From Promethearchaeota archaeon (GTDB lineage Archaea; Asgardarchaeota; Lokiarchaeia; Sigyniarchaeales; SOKP01), in assembly GCA_016840085.1 (NCBI GenBank), contig JAEOTA010000088.1:1-64000 (forward strand): 64,000 nt of DNA. The letters are read 5' to 3'. Under the pieces are notes generated by a model. That model had not been told where the DNA came from, did no database searches, and worked only from the letters and a program-made list of their open reading frames with translations. Below are positions 19,368 through 28,653 of the stretch, piece by piece; the stretch's first letter is position 1, and every line of letters begins with the position of its first letter. The translations under genes were made by a program, and so were the position numbers.

Positions 19368-21452
19368 TTATTTTTTACAAGTGTTACACCAACTTCCTTG
19401 GTATACAGCTGCCGGGGTGGTTTCCCACACATGATTATTTTTACATTTTATTTTTATAGGTTTAAACCGTCCTTTATATGGTGTTATTAGCTGACCTCCT
19501 TTCTTACTGACAAAGATTTGAAATTTTTCAGCATATATATCCATTTTACATTTTGGACACAATATCTCAATTTTTTTATAACTTTTTTTAAGCCAATACG
19601 GTGATTTTTTAAATTTATGTCTTTTTGAACATCTATACCATAATGGTGTTTTAGCATTTATATATTCACTAATTAATTTACAACCAAATTTCTTCCCAAT
19701 CTTTCGAAAATATTCCGTTGTTCCTTTCATATTTCTAGCACACTCAGGACACCAATTATCCTGATATACAGAGTTTGGGGTAGTTTTCCACTGGTGTCCC
19801 TTCTCACACATAAGCGTTACTTCTTTTCTTGCCGAAAAATAGGGAGTCATTAGACTTCCACCTTTCTTTTCGACATATGCTCTAAATTTTTTAGCATATT
19901 TATTTTCATATATAATAAATTCTCTATAATCGTATTTGGGGATATTTTTCAGCATTTTTCCCGTTTTTCTTTCATATTCTTGTTCAATATATTTTTGCAT
20001 TTTGGTGTAGGGAAGAAGTTCATCATCGGGAATTTGAATGAGGATCACCCCATTTTTCTCGCATAATTTTAATTTAAGAGCATCTTCTTTCTGTATGTCT
20101 TTTAACTCGTCATCAGTTTTGTTAAAAGCTTTTTTACGGTGTTGAATTCCTTGATATTCAAATGCTAATCCTAAATCTTTATTATATCCGTCGAGTTCCA
20201 TTTGATTTCCCTTCTCATTAATTAGCCATTCGGGATAACTTTTTGGAAAAGGCCTTTTAAAAACCTTTTCAAAGAATTTTCGACAAATTGTCTCACTAAT
20301 GTATATGTTACAGTGTGGACACCAAGAATTAGTATAAACAACACTATTGTAAGTAGTAATAAAATGATGTCCCTCGGCACATTCAAGGTGTAGTTTCGAT
20401 TTAGCATTTTTCAAGGTTTTACTATGACATTTTCCACCTTTCTTTGCTGCAATTTTCCTTATGGTGTCTAATGAGACATGTGTCTGCGTTCGGATATATT
20501 GTTGGTATTCATTATCGGTTAATATCCTTTTTAATTGATTACGAGCAGAAGTATCGCTTAATAAGAGCCATTTTTGAATGTCGTATGCATTGTATTTTCC
20601 TGGATTTTCTAAAATGATAGACTTAACAACTTTATTTACGCAATCAGTATCTCTAATTTTTGTTGTTAAAGAAACAAAATTCGAAATTAATTTTATCTGG
20701 TTTTTAATAGCTTTGGTTTTTTCATCTTTAGACAGACTTAATAATTGTATTTGTTTTTCCTTTAAAAAGTGTATAAATGTTTTGGTCGGGCGGAAGTTTT
20801 TTAACCAATTACCAGAGCGATTGAATTCTTCAACAAGTTGCTTTATTAACGTGCTTCTATGTATGTAATATAAAAAAGTTTCAAAAAGTTCATAATCATA
20901 CCCCCATTTCATGTACTTTTCTATATAATTTTTAAAATCTTCTCCGAATATTGAAACTAAATCTTTTGTTGGAAGTTTGCTTAAGGTGAATAGAAGCGTA
21001 GCCTTATCTTCATCACTAGGCTTTTGTTTTTGAATGATTTTTAGTAATATTGATTTTTCTTTTAAGGTCAAGGTTGTATTTTTATATAAATTCTCCTTTA
21101 AAATCTCCTTTAAATTTTGAAAATCGGGATTATTTTGATTTATAATTTGTTGTAAAGCGTTTCTTTTTTTTATTTCAACCAATAGATGAGTTAATTTTTT
21201 TGCGACTCGTTTTCCTTCAGGAATTAAACTTTTTTCATAGTTTCTACTTTTATATTCCTTATAAATTGCTAGTGAACTTTTTAATTCGTTAAAAAAATCA
21301 TCAAATCTTGGATTATGTTCTTTTAATTGTTTAATTAAAAGCTTATTATTATTGGTAAACTGATGAATTAAACATTGTAGTTCTTCTTTAATTTCTTTAG
21401 AGATCTCTTGGTCTGTTGACTCCTCAATATGATTTTTCAAAAATATTGCCAT
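19368..21452 (-). CDS. Zn-ribbon repeat protein with restriction-endonuclease-like (Vsr/DUF559-type) domain
   Basis: Four C..(G)H......CxxC modules; ELDGYN..L.LAFEYQGIQH...D..K..LC..NGV.LI.IP nuclease signature. Confidence 0.75.
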   Translation of the reverse strand: MAIFLKNHIEESTDQEISKEIKEELQCLIHQFTNNNKLLIKQLKEHNPRFDDFFNELKSSLAIYKEYKSRNYEKSLIPEGKRVAKKLTHLLVEIKKRNALQQIINQNNPDFQNLKEILKENLYKNTTLTLKEKSILLKIIQKQKPSDEDKATLLFTLSKLPTKDLVSIFGEDFKNYIEKYMKWGYDYELFETFLYYIHRSTLIKQLVEEFNRSGNWLKNFRPTKTFIHFLKEKQIQLLSLSKDEKTKAIKNQIKLISNFVSLTTKIRDTDCVNKVVKSIILENPGKYNAYDIQKWLLLSDTSARNQLKRILTDNEYQQYIRTQTHVSLDTIRKIAAKKGGKCHSKTLKNAKSKLHLECAEGHHFITTYNSVVYTNSWCPHCNIYISETICRKFFEKVFKRPFPKSYPEWLINEKGNQMELDGYNKDLGLAFEYQGIQHRKKAFNKTDDELKDIQKEDALKLKLCEKNGVILIQIPDDELLPYTKMQKYIEQEYERKTGKMLKNIPKYDYREFIIYENKYAKKFRAYVEKKGGSLMTPYFSARKEVTLMCEKGHQWKTTPNSVYQDNWCPECARNMKGTTEYFRKIGKKFGCKLISEYINAKTPLWYRCSKRHKFKKSPYWLKKSYKKIEILCPKCKMDIYAEKFQIFVSKKGGQLITPYKGRFKPIKIKCKNNHVWETTPAAVYQGSWCNTCKK

Positions 21453-21459
21453 TTTAAGT

Positions 21460-21477
21460 CAAATAAATTTTTATTTG
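21460..21477. promoter_or_regulatory. Inverted repeat (possible operator) in short divergent intergenic gap
   Basis: CAAATAAA-TT-TTTATTTG between divergent starts at 21452 and 21531; AT-rich, so weak. Confidence 0.3.
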
Positions 21478-21530
21478 TCAAAACTATTTAATACGAAAGG
21501 ATAAAATTAAAGAGATAAACCTAGTAGAAA

Positions 21531-22328
21531 ATGTATTTAATTTATATAGATGAGTCTGGATCATCTACATATAAAGAAATGAATGTTGATTATACGCTTG
21601 CTTCAGTAATAATAGAAGAAAGCAATTGGCAAGCTATTAAGAATGAAATTGATCGTATTAGAATTTTATTTTTTCCAAATTTGGATCCAGATGATATAGA
21701 AATTCACACAAAAGAAATATTCCATAAACAGAATATATTTTGGTCTTTAAAGAATGATAAGAATTTTGATTTTCTAAGAGAATTGTATACAGCAATATCA
21801 AATATGGACTTAACGATAAATGCTATTCATATATTTAAGAAAAATTTAAAGAATAAACAAGATACTCACTCTTATCCAAGAAATTTCACTCCTGAAGAAA
21901 TAGCTTGGACCTTTTTAAATAATAGAGTTTCAAAATATTTAGATAAAATTATGCAAAAAAGAAAAACTGAAGGTAAACCTGCTACTTTTGGTCTTTATTT
22001 AATCGATAGAATTAATAAAAAATATGATCATAAAAGAAAGAAAAGAATTATCAAATATTTCACAACTTCTAAAATAAAAATTGGATTTTTCAAGCCTGTT
22101 TCTCCTTACATGTTGAATGATCCCGTTTTTGTAGATTCAAGTTTTCATATTTTAATACAGATTGCTGATTTAATTGCTTTTGTAATTCATCGAAAACATA
22201 ATTCAAACAATAATAGTAAGATAGATACCTATGTGGAAGAATTTTATAATTTAATAATTCCAAAATTTGATAATGATTCTTTAGATCCTTCAACATACTT
22301 AAATTATGGATTGAAATTGTATCCTTAA
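21531..22328 (+). CDS. DUF3800 family protein (RNase H-like)
   Basis: YIDESG N-terminus, EIH, FVDS....IQIADLIA C-terminus. Confidence 0.85.
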   Translation: MYLIYIDESGSSTYKEMNVDYTLASVIIEESNWQAIKNEIDRIRILFFPNLDPDDIEIHTKEIFHKQNIFWSLKNDKNFDFLRELYTAISNMDLTINAIHIFKKNLKNKQDTHSYPRNFTPEEIAWTFLNNRVSKYLDKIMQKRKTEGKPATFGLYLIDRINKKYDHKRKKRIIKYFTTSKIKIGFFKPVSPYMLNDPVFVDSSFHILIQIADLIAFVIHRKHNSNNNSKIDTYVEEFYNLIIPKFDNDSLDPSTYLNYGLKLYP

Positions 22329-22334
22329 TAAGAA

Positions 22335-22405
22335 GAGGTGAAGGTGAGTGGTGATAAACACCACGATCCCTCCACATTGATGGTGATAAACACCATCAAA
22401 ACTCA
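22335..22405 (+). ncRNA. Candidate DUF3800-associated structured RNA (twin hairpins)
   Basis: GTGGTG-ATAAA-CACCAC (22348-22364) and TTGATGGTG-ATAAA-CACCATCAA (22377-22399); GC-rich patch just after the DUF3800 stop. Confidence 0.6.
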
Positions 22406-22944
22406 TTTAATATATGGATATACATATTTATAAATTTAATCTCACAAACAAATTAGTAATTTCTTTAATTTGTATCTTTTTAATTCTAAGTCTCATGTCT
22501 TAAATATATATTTCAGAATTAAATTTTATTTTATCTTTCTACAATTTTTATCAATAAAAGGATAAAAATGTAAAGATTTTTTTTAAAGCAAAATATAATT
22601 TTTAATCAAATATCTTTTCAGAATATCAAAAATGCCGACGGAAAATTCAACCAGTTTTTAATACCATTAATAAAAAGTTAAGAAATGATTTCAATCATAT
22701 TATAAATTGAAAGTTTTTACAACCTTTATAAGCAATAATAATTTTCATGAAATTTTAACTGTAACTTCTTGAAATTTTTTAGGCATTGATGTTTTTTTTT
22801 ACAATACTAATTTGTAGATGTAGTAATAAGTCAAAAACTACTATAGAAAATTCATAGAGGATTGAGTTATAAATCAATTTATTTAGCTGGGTCTCTTAAT
22901 TTATAATAAATGTAATAGATGTAGATTATTAGTGGGTAGTTAAT

Positions 22945-23832
22945 TTGATAGAATTTAATAGAAATACGTTAGCAATAGTTATTTCAGATATACATATTGG
23001 GAATGAATCTTCCAGAATTCAAGAATTTGCAGAATTTCTTGACATTATCCTACAAAATGTAATCAATAGAAAATTACCCTTTCTTAGAACTCTAATTATC
23101 CTAGGGGACTTCTTTGACCTTCTAGCAACTAGTTTTGAAGATCTATGTTTCAATGAAAAATATTTCCAGATTTATAATGAATTAGATCAAATTAAAAATC
23201 AAAAGATAAAAGTTATCTTTGCATTAGGTAATCATGAGATTTCTACCAGTTTGTTTTACAATCTTCAATTTAAAGGGCGGAAGAAAAGCTTTTTGAGGAA
23301 ATTTGATTACTACTCATTTCCTTTCGATTTTCTCACACTAAATACAATATGTCAATATGTTATTTTAATGAATGATGATGATGATATTTATTTGGGTTTA
23401 TTGGATTCTATTCATGATGAGCCATTTATATGGCTTCATTTAGCAAAAGGATCATTTCTAAATAATGAAACTTATTTTATGTGTCATGGATACCAATTTG
23501 AGGATAAAGATACTCATCATTCGGTTACAGGTTGGTGGGATTATGCGAGAAATTTAACTGAGGGATGGAAGAAAATTATAACATCTACATGGGCAAATAT
23601 TAAAACATTATTACAACAAAGAGATACTTCAAGATTTTATGACAATATAAGTACCAGTTTAGAAAATGCTGATAACCCATATTCCCATATTATATTTGGG
23701 CATACTCATAAGTGTGAAATAAAAGATTCAAAAATATTAAATACAGGTTGCTAGCTTAAAGATTCAAATCCCAGTCATCTTGAAATTTCAATTGATGGTA
23801 GTTGTAAGTTATATGAAATAAATTTTTTATAA
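22945..23832 (+). pseudogene. Calcineurin-like metallophosphoesterase (LpxH-like) with in-frame TAG
   Basis: SDIHIG, LGDFFD, GNHE, HG, FGHTH, NTGC*; TAG at 23752-23754 sits where NTGxW Trp is expected; frame continues 25 codons to TAA 23832. Confidence 0.7.
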
Positions 23833-24046
23833 TTTTTACAATTTTTCTACCTCATTATTCTCTAATAAAAATGTATCCAAATTATCAACTTCAAAAATTC
23901 CAGAATTATTTTTTATTAAAATGTGCTCTTGAGGATTTTTGATATACTATTTTAATATTAAAGTTTTAGTATTCATGTCTTATTAAAAATTAGGGATTAT
24001 CAAGACAACCTCAGAATTAAATAAAATAGAAACATACTTTTATTTA

Positions 24047-24472
24047 ATGAAAGAAGCAGAATTAGTTGATAATTATATTATATTTAGAAAAAAGTCAGAA
24101 CCAAATATTATCATAATAAAAGAGAGAGGTTATCGACAAAAAAAAATTGATCTTATTGAAATAAACTTAAAAACAAATTTAAACTTCCATGGGGTAGAAT
24201 TCAAAATTAAGAATTGGAAACTTGGTCTAAAGCAATGTCTAGGCAATCGAATATTGGTTCCCTATAATTCTTTAGCAATATATTATAAATATGAAAAAAA
24301 TATACACATAGAAGAATTCTCCAAACATGGAATTGGTCTAATCATTATAAGTGATGATGGTTTTAGACAAAAAATACTTCCAAAAAAAAATGATCTATTA
24401 AACTATTACAAATATCATTGTATTTATGAAAAAATAAGAAACATCTTTCCAGAAACTTTAATAAATTGCTAA
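24047..24472 (+). CDS. Small PD-(D/E)XK nuclease-like protein
   Basis: MKEAEL, KIDLI, GVEFK..NWK.GL.Q, GIGLI pattern. Confidence 0.6.
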   Translation: MKEAELVDNYIIFRKKSEPNIIIIKERGYRQKKIDLIEINLKTNLNFHGVEFKIKNWKLGLKQCLGNRILVPYNSLAIYYKYEKNIHIEEFSKHGIGLIIISDDGFRQKILPKKNDLLNYYKYHCIYEKIRNIFPETLINC

Positions 24473-24530
24473 ACTCCCTATTTTTAAGATTAAAAAAAAA
24501 AAAATACTAAATAAAAACATTATTTTAAAG

Positions 24531-25874
24531 ATGGATATTTTTTATAGATTAAACTCACCAAAAGATTTAGCAGATTTGAACGATAGCTTTTCTCAAAGCC
24601 TGTGTAAAGGATTTTACTTCTTTTTAGATGATATTAAATTGCAAAACGACAAAGCAATTCCTAGTAAAAAAAATCTAACTTATCTCAAAACAGTAAAATC
24701 TCTTAAGAGAGATATAATCCTAACTTTTGATTTTAATAAAAAGTTTAGTAGACCTGATTACCATTCTCCAAGATTAAATATAAAAACAACCAAACGATTA
24801 GAAGATAGATTACAGAGAGGCTTTTCTACTAGAAGAGATGTTGAAGAAGAAAAAGAATTTTTCAATTCTATTTTAAGGAAAAACCAAGAAAAAATAGGAG
24901 AGCTAAAAAAACTTGAAAATAAAAAATATTGTATAACAATTTTTAAAGAAATTCTTGATTATTATAAGAAAGTTAAAAAATATTTAGAAGAAGAAGTAGG
25001 TTTAATGCGATTTATTCCTCACATTAGGAAGACAAATGTTATTGGGTATGAAGTACCTTTAATTGCAAATTATAAAATTGAAGAATTAAATGATCCATAT
25101 TTTCAGGTTATTCAAAATTCAATTTTTAAAATAAACAATCATCTTGTAAATTTATGCAGAAAGAGTAGTCTAGATGATTTTATATATCCATTAACAGTAA
25201 TGACTGAAGATTTACAAACGAAAAATCAATTCTTAAATACCCAAATGAACTATCTAAAGGATTTTAAAAGATTATTGATATGGGTAATTGATTCAAATGA
25301 ATTGTATAGTACCAGAAAAAATAAACAGCTATATTTTGATATTGTTCGCGAATTAAGTAAAGACCATCATATATTTATCAAGTATGTTGGAGTAAAACAG
25401 CTCCAAAAATATAAAAAAGAATTTAATGAAGCATCAATTATTTTTCGTGAAGACGCCTATTCGGGTTATAATATTAACATTCAGAGATCTGCTAAGCCAA
25501 AAAGAACTAGAAACATATTAGATCCAAAAGACATAAAACATAAGGATGATAGAGGTCTCTCGAAGGGAAATGTAAATGCCCATTTTGAATGTAGTTGTAC
25601 TATCTGTAATGCTTTTGGAATTGATACTTATAAAAAGGCGATAGATTTTTATCATGGATCTAGGATTGCTAAAGAACCCGAATTTGCTAAGGAAATTTCC
25701 CCAAAACGAGAAGTAAAAGACGAAAAAAAGTATAGACTAGAAAAAACTAAAAAACTCCAAACAAAATTTAGAAAAATACATAACTTCGAAGTAGCGGATA
25801 ATTTAATTTTTATTAAACTAAACGAATTTATAAAAAAATATCCTAAAATAGCAAATCAAATTGGGTTGAGGTGA
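24531..25874 (+). CDS. Hypothetical protein with TGT-like C-terminal zinc site
   Basis: CSCTIC followed by IHN, as in tRNA-guanine transglycosylase/DpdA zinc motif; rest unrecognised. Confidence 0.45.
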   Translation: MDIFYRLNSPKDLADLNDSFSQSLCKGFYFFLDDIKLQNDKAIPSKKNLTYLKTVKSLKRDIILTFDFNKKFSRPDYHSPRLNIKTTKRLEDRLQRGFSTRRDVEEEKEFFNSILRKNQEKIGELKKLENKKYCITIFKEILDYYKKVKKYLEEEVGLMRFIPHIRKTNVIGYEVPLIANYKIEELNDPYFQVIQNSIFKINNHLVNLCRKSSLDDFIYPLTVMTEDLQTKNQFLNTQMNYLKDFKRLLIWVIDSNELYSTRKNKQLYFDIVRELSKDHHIFIKYVGVKQLQKYKKEFNEASIIFREDAYSGYNINIQRSAKPKRTRNILDPKDIKHKDDRGLSKGNVNAHFECSCTICNAFGIDTYKKAIDFYHGSRIAKEPEFAKEISPKREVKDEKKYRLEKTKKLQTKFRKIHNFEVADNLIFIKLNEFIKKYPKIANQIGLR

Positions 25875-25877
25875 AAA

Positions 25878-27032
25878 ATGAAAAATAGAATAAATAAATT
25901 TAATGAAATAATTGAAAATGAAGAATTAGTTCTCTTGATTTTATTTTATTCAGAAAGATATTACACATTAAAGACACGCTTAGTAAAATTGTTATTTCTT
26001 TTTAAAGAAATTTTTCCGATAAACGAAGAAAATGAATTAGATTTAGATTTTTTCCCTTATAATTATGGAGCTACACTTGATTATGATGAGTATCAGTTAT
26101 TAATTAGTACATTAAAGAACTATGAATTCATTGAAGTGGAAGAACAGATATTAAAGAAATATAATAATCCATTAATTAAAATTAAAATTCACGAAGAAAA
26201 AGAAGAAGAAATAATATATATGATTAAAGAAAAGCTTATACCAGAAAAACCAATATATAAAATCGAATTAATTGAAAAAATATGTAAAACCTTCCCTAAT
26301 TTTGATAATAAAGCATTACTTCAATTTGTTTATTATATTAGAGAGGATTTTACTGAAAAAAGCAAAATAAAGGAAGAAATATTTAATTTATCTAAAACAC
26401 AAATACAAGAAAAGACTATAAATCTCTTTAAAGAGCTTCGAATACGATATTTAGATATTTTTCTTGAATACTTAGAAGGAATCTTGAAAATATTTAATAT
26501 AAGTAAAACTATAGCAGATTATCAAATCTTTAAAGAACTTTTCGCAAATTTCCATATAGGCCTAAAAACTAATTCTCTTAAAATTAATAAAAATATCATT
26601 CAAAACTTAGATCAAATGTCCTTAAAAGATAAGAAACATCATAGACTGAAATTATCACTTTTAGACATATTCCTAAAAAATCAAGGTAAGGATTGGGATA
26701 ATGAAGCTATAATTTCTATTATAATATACATATTAAAATCCTTAAGTCTTAGTTGGCCTTTAGAAAAGCCCTTAGATCGAGAGATTTTTATCTCACTAAC
26801 TTCAAAATTACTTCAAAATTATAAATCTTTTTACAAACCGGAAGATACTTTCTCAGTATTAGAAAAAACCATACCTACAGAAGAAGAAATTCAAAAATTT
26901 ATTTTAAAATATGAAAATGACTTAACTGATAGTGAGGAAAAAGAAGAAGATACTGTAAAAGATGAATTTGGTCAAGACTTTACAGAAGACGACGAATATG
27001 AGGATGATATAATTAAAAAGTCAAATTCTTAA
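25878..27032 (+). CDS. Panacea/DUF4065-like (SocA-like) wHTH protein with acidic tail
   Basis: KTRLVKLLFL...FFPYNYGA and LLQFVY motifs; GAGGTGA RBS overlaps the previous stop. Confidence 0.55.
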   Translation: MKNRINKFNEIIENEELVLLILFYSERYYTLKTRLVKLLFLFKEIFPINEENELDLDFFPYNYGATLDYDEYQLLISTLKNYEFIEVEEQILKKYNNPLIKIKIHEEKEEEIIYMIKEKLIPEKPIYKIELIEKICKTFPNFDNKALLQFVYYIREDFTEKSKIKEEIFNLSKTQIQEKTINLFKELRIRYLDIFLEYLEGILKIFNISKTIADYQIFKELFANFHIGLKTNSLKINKNIIQNLDQMSLKDKKHHRLKLSLLDIFLKNQGKDWDNEAIISIIIYILKSLSLSWPLEKPLDREIFISLTSKLLQNYKSFYKPEDTFSVLEKTIPTEEEIQKFILKYENDLTDSEEKEEDTVKDEFGQDFTEDDEYEDDIIKKSNS

Positions 27033-27039
27033 GCTTAAT

Positions 27040-27939
27040 GTGGAGAATAATAACTTGGATTTGGTATTAGATTCATCAGCATTAATAAATCTCTTTTTTG
27101 GAAGTACTAAGACTTCTAAAAATATCCAGAAAATTATTTCATATTATGAAAATATTTGTATTACTAATATAGTTCGGTATGAATTTCGAAACTACTTTTT
27201 AGATTTCTTCCGTTTCCTAGAAATCTATAAATCAATAATAAAAGATTTCCAAGAAAATAAAATTATTATACATAAAATCTTTCCTGACTTATTAGAAGAA
27301 CTTTCTCGAATATATCACCGAAAATCACAGCGTTTTGGTAGGATAAGAATAATCTATGAAGGAGTACTAGAAAAATATCAAAAAAGGATCTTAGAAACCA
27401 TGATTAAAGGTTTACAAAATTGTGAAGATATAAAGCAAATTCTAATAGACCGGTTAAAAACTGTAATCTGGGACTATCAGATAAAATTAAAAATTGTTTA
27501 TGAAACTCTTACAAATTATATTGTAATAAAAGACTTTGATTGTAGTTTATGTAATTGGAAATACTTTTATGATGCAAATATAGATGAATTTATTATAAAT
27601 GAAAAAAGAGTATGTTCAAGGATTTGTTTCAATATTAAGGAAAAGTTATCATATTTCGCTAATGAAAATCAAACTTTTATTGACTTAATTTTGGAAAATT
27701 ATATTAAATTAAGTAAAGAAAGAAAAATAATGAATTATGATAAAAATCTTATTCCATCTTTGCAAAAAATTATAAATAATAAAAATGCACATATTGGAGT
27801 TAAAGATTGTAAAAGCTTAGGTGACTTTTTTATTTCATCAATTGTAGATGATAATCGGCACATTTTAACTAATAATAAAAACCATTTTTTATTATTATTA
27901 CTTTGTAAAAATAGAGAGAATTCTTTGATCTTATTCTAA
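27040..27939 (+). CDS. PIN-domain protein
   Basis: LVLDSSALI, VRYEF, LGDFFI, ILTNNKNHF PIN motifs with large insertion. Confidence 0.65.
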   Translation: MENNNLDLVLDSSALINLFFGSTKTSKNIQKIISYYENICITNIVRYEFRNYFLDFFRFLEIYKSIIKDFQENKIIIHKIFPDLLEELSRIYHRKSQRFGRIRIIYEGVLEKYQKRILETMIKGLQNCEDIKQILIDRLKTVIWDYQIKLKIVYETLTNYIVIKDFDCSLCNWKYFYDANIDEFIINEKRVCSRICFNIKEKLSYFANENQTFIDLILENYIKLSKERKIMNYDKNLIPSLQKIINNKNAHIGVKDCKSLGDFFISSIVDDNRHILTNNKNHFLLLLLCKNRENSLILF

Positions 27940-28391
27940 TAAAAAAAAGATTACTGAATCTTAAATATATTAATTAAAATTATTTCTTCATACTATATTA
28001 ATTCATTTTCTACTTTCTTGCAGAATTTGAAGGTAGATTTACAAACATAATTTAAAGATCCTAAATAAAATCTATTCAATTTTTCATTTTTCTGTTTTAA
28101 TTATGAGAATATTCACTAAATTAGATTTATAAAAGTGAGGAAATCAAGTATTTCCAAGTAATTATCCATCTTAAGTAATATAGTGAATTTAGTAAAAATT
28201 AGAATATATTTAATCCAATATAAATATCAAAAAAATACAATAAATTATATAGATTTTCACTTAGTTTAACTCTCTAGTATGGATTATTAATATTTTTTAG
28301 GATGAAATCCTATCATCATATTATAGCTAAATAAAATAAAAGAATAAAGTATAATTTATCATAGATAATAATTTTATTTAAACAAATCAAT

Positions 28392-28622
28392 ATGAGTAGC
28401 CCAAATGTTCATCGTGTAAGTACAGTAATACAAGATTTTGCTTCACAGGCTCAATTCCTCGTAATAAGCCATAGAGAAGAAAATATCGTAAATGCAGACC
28501 GCATATACGGAGTTTCCATGCAACAAAGTGGAATAACTGACATTTTTAGTGTTGATTTAGAGGAAGAGGCTAAACGTCTCTTAGAGCTTGAAGATATTGA
28601 GCCTACTATTACAGAAAATTAA
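28392..28622 (+). pseudogene. Orphaned smc 3' end (76-aa ORF)
   Basis: PNVHRVS...ISHREE...EDIEPTITEN duplicates the SMC C-terminus; directly upstream of scpA. Confidence 0.85.
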
Positions 28623-28653
28623 ATATGAAATATAGTTGAAATGGTGAATAATT

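Larger units (their letters stand above)
19130..28400. mobile_element. Genomic island inserted in the smc 3' end, bounded by duplicated/recoded smc tail
   Basis: 19130-19351 and 28401-28622 encode the same 73-aa SMC C-terminus (66/73 identical); accessory genes between them split smc from scpA-scpB. Confidence 0.85.

Noticed and set aside
22090-22377. 95-aa minus-strand ORF
   Set aside because: Overlaps DUF3800 antisense and the hairpin element; no recognisable motif.
22348-22399. Possible mini-CRISPR array
   Set aside because: Only two 15-bp units with a 17-nt spacer and no cas genes; better explained as RNA hairpins.
22406-22944. Long non-coding stretch in the island
   Set aside because: No ORF, repeat or structure I could support by eye.
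27940-28391. Integrase or transposase remnant at the island's right end
   Set aside because: AT-rich with no ORF or catalytic motif I could recognise; no convincing terminal inverted repeats.
28392-28622. Simple assembly duplication of the smc end
   Set aside because: The copies differ at over half of their codons, so it is not a collapsed or duplicated identical repeat; a strain chimera still needs read-level exclusion.
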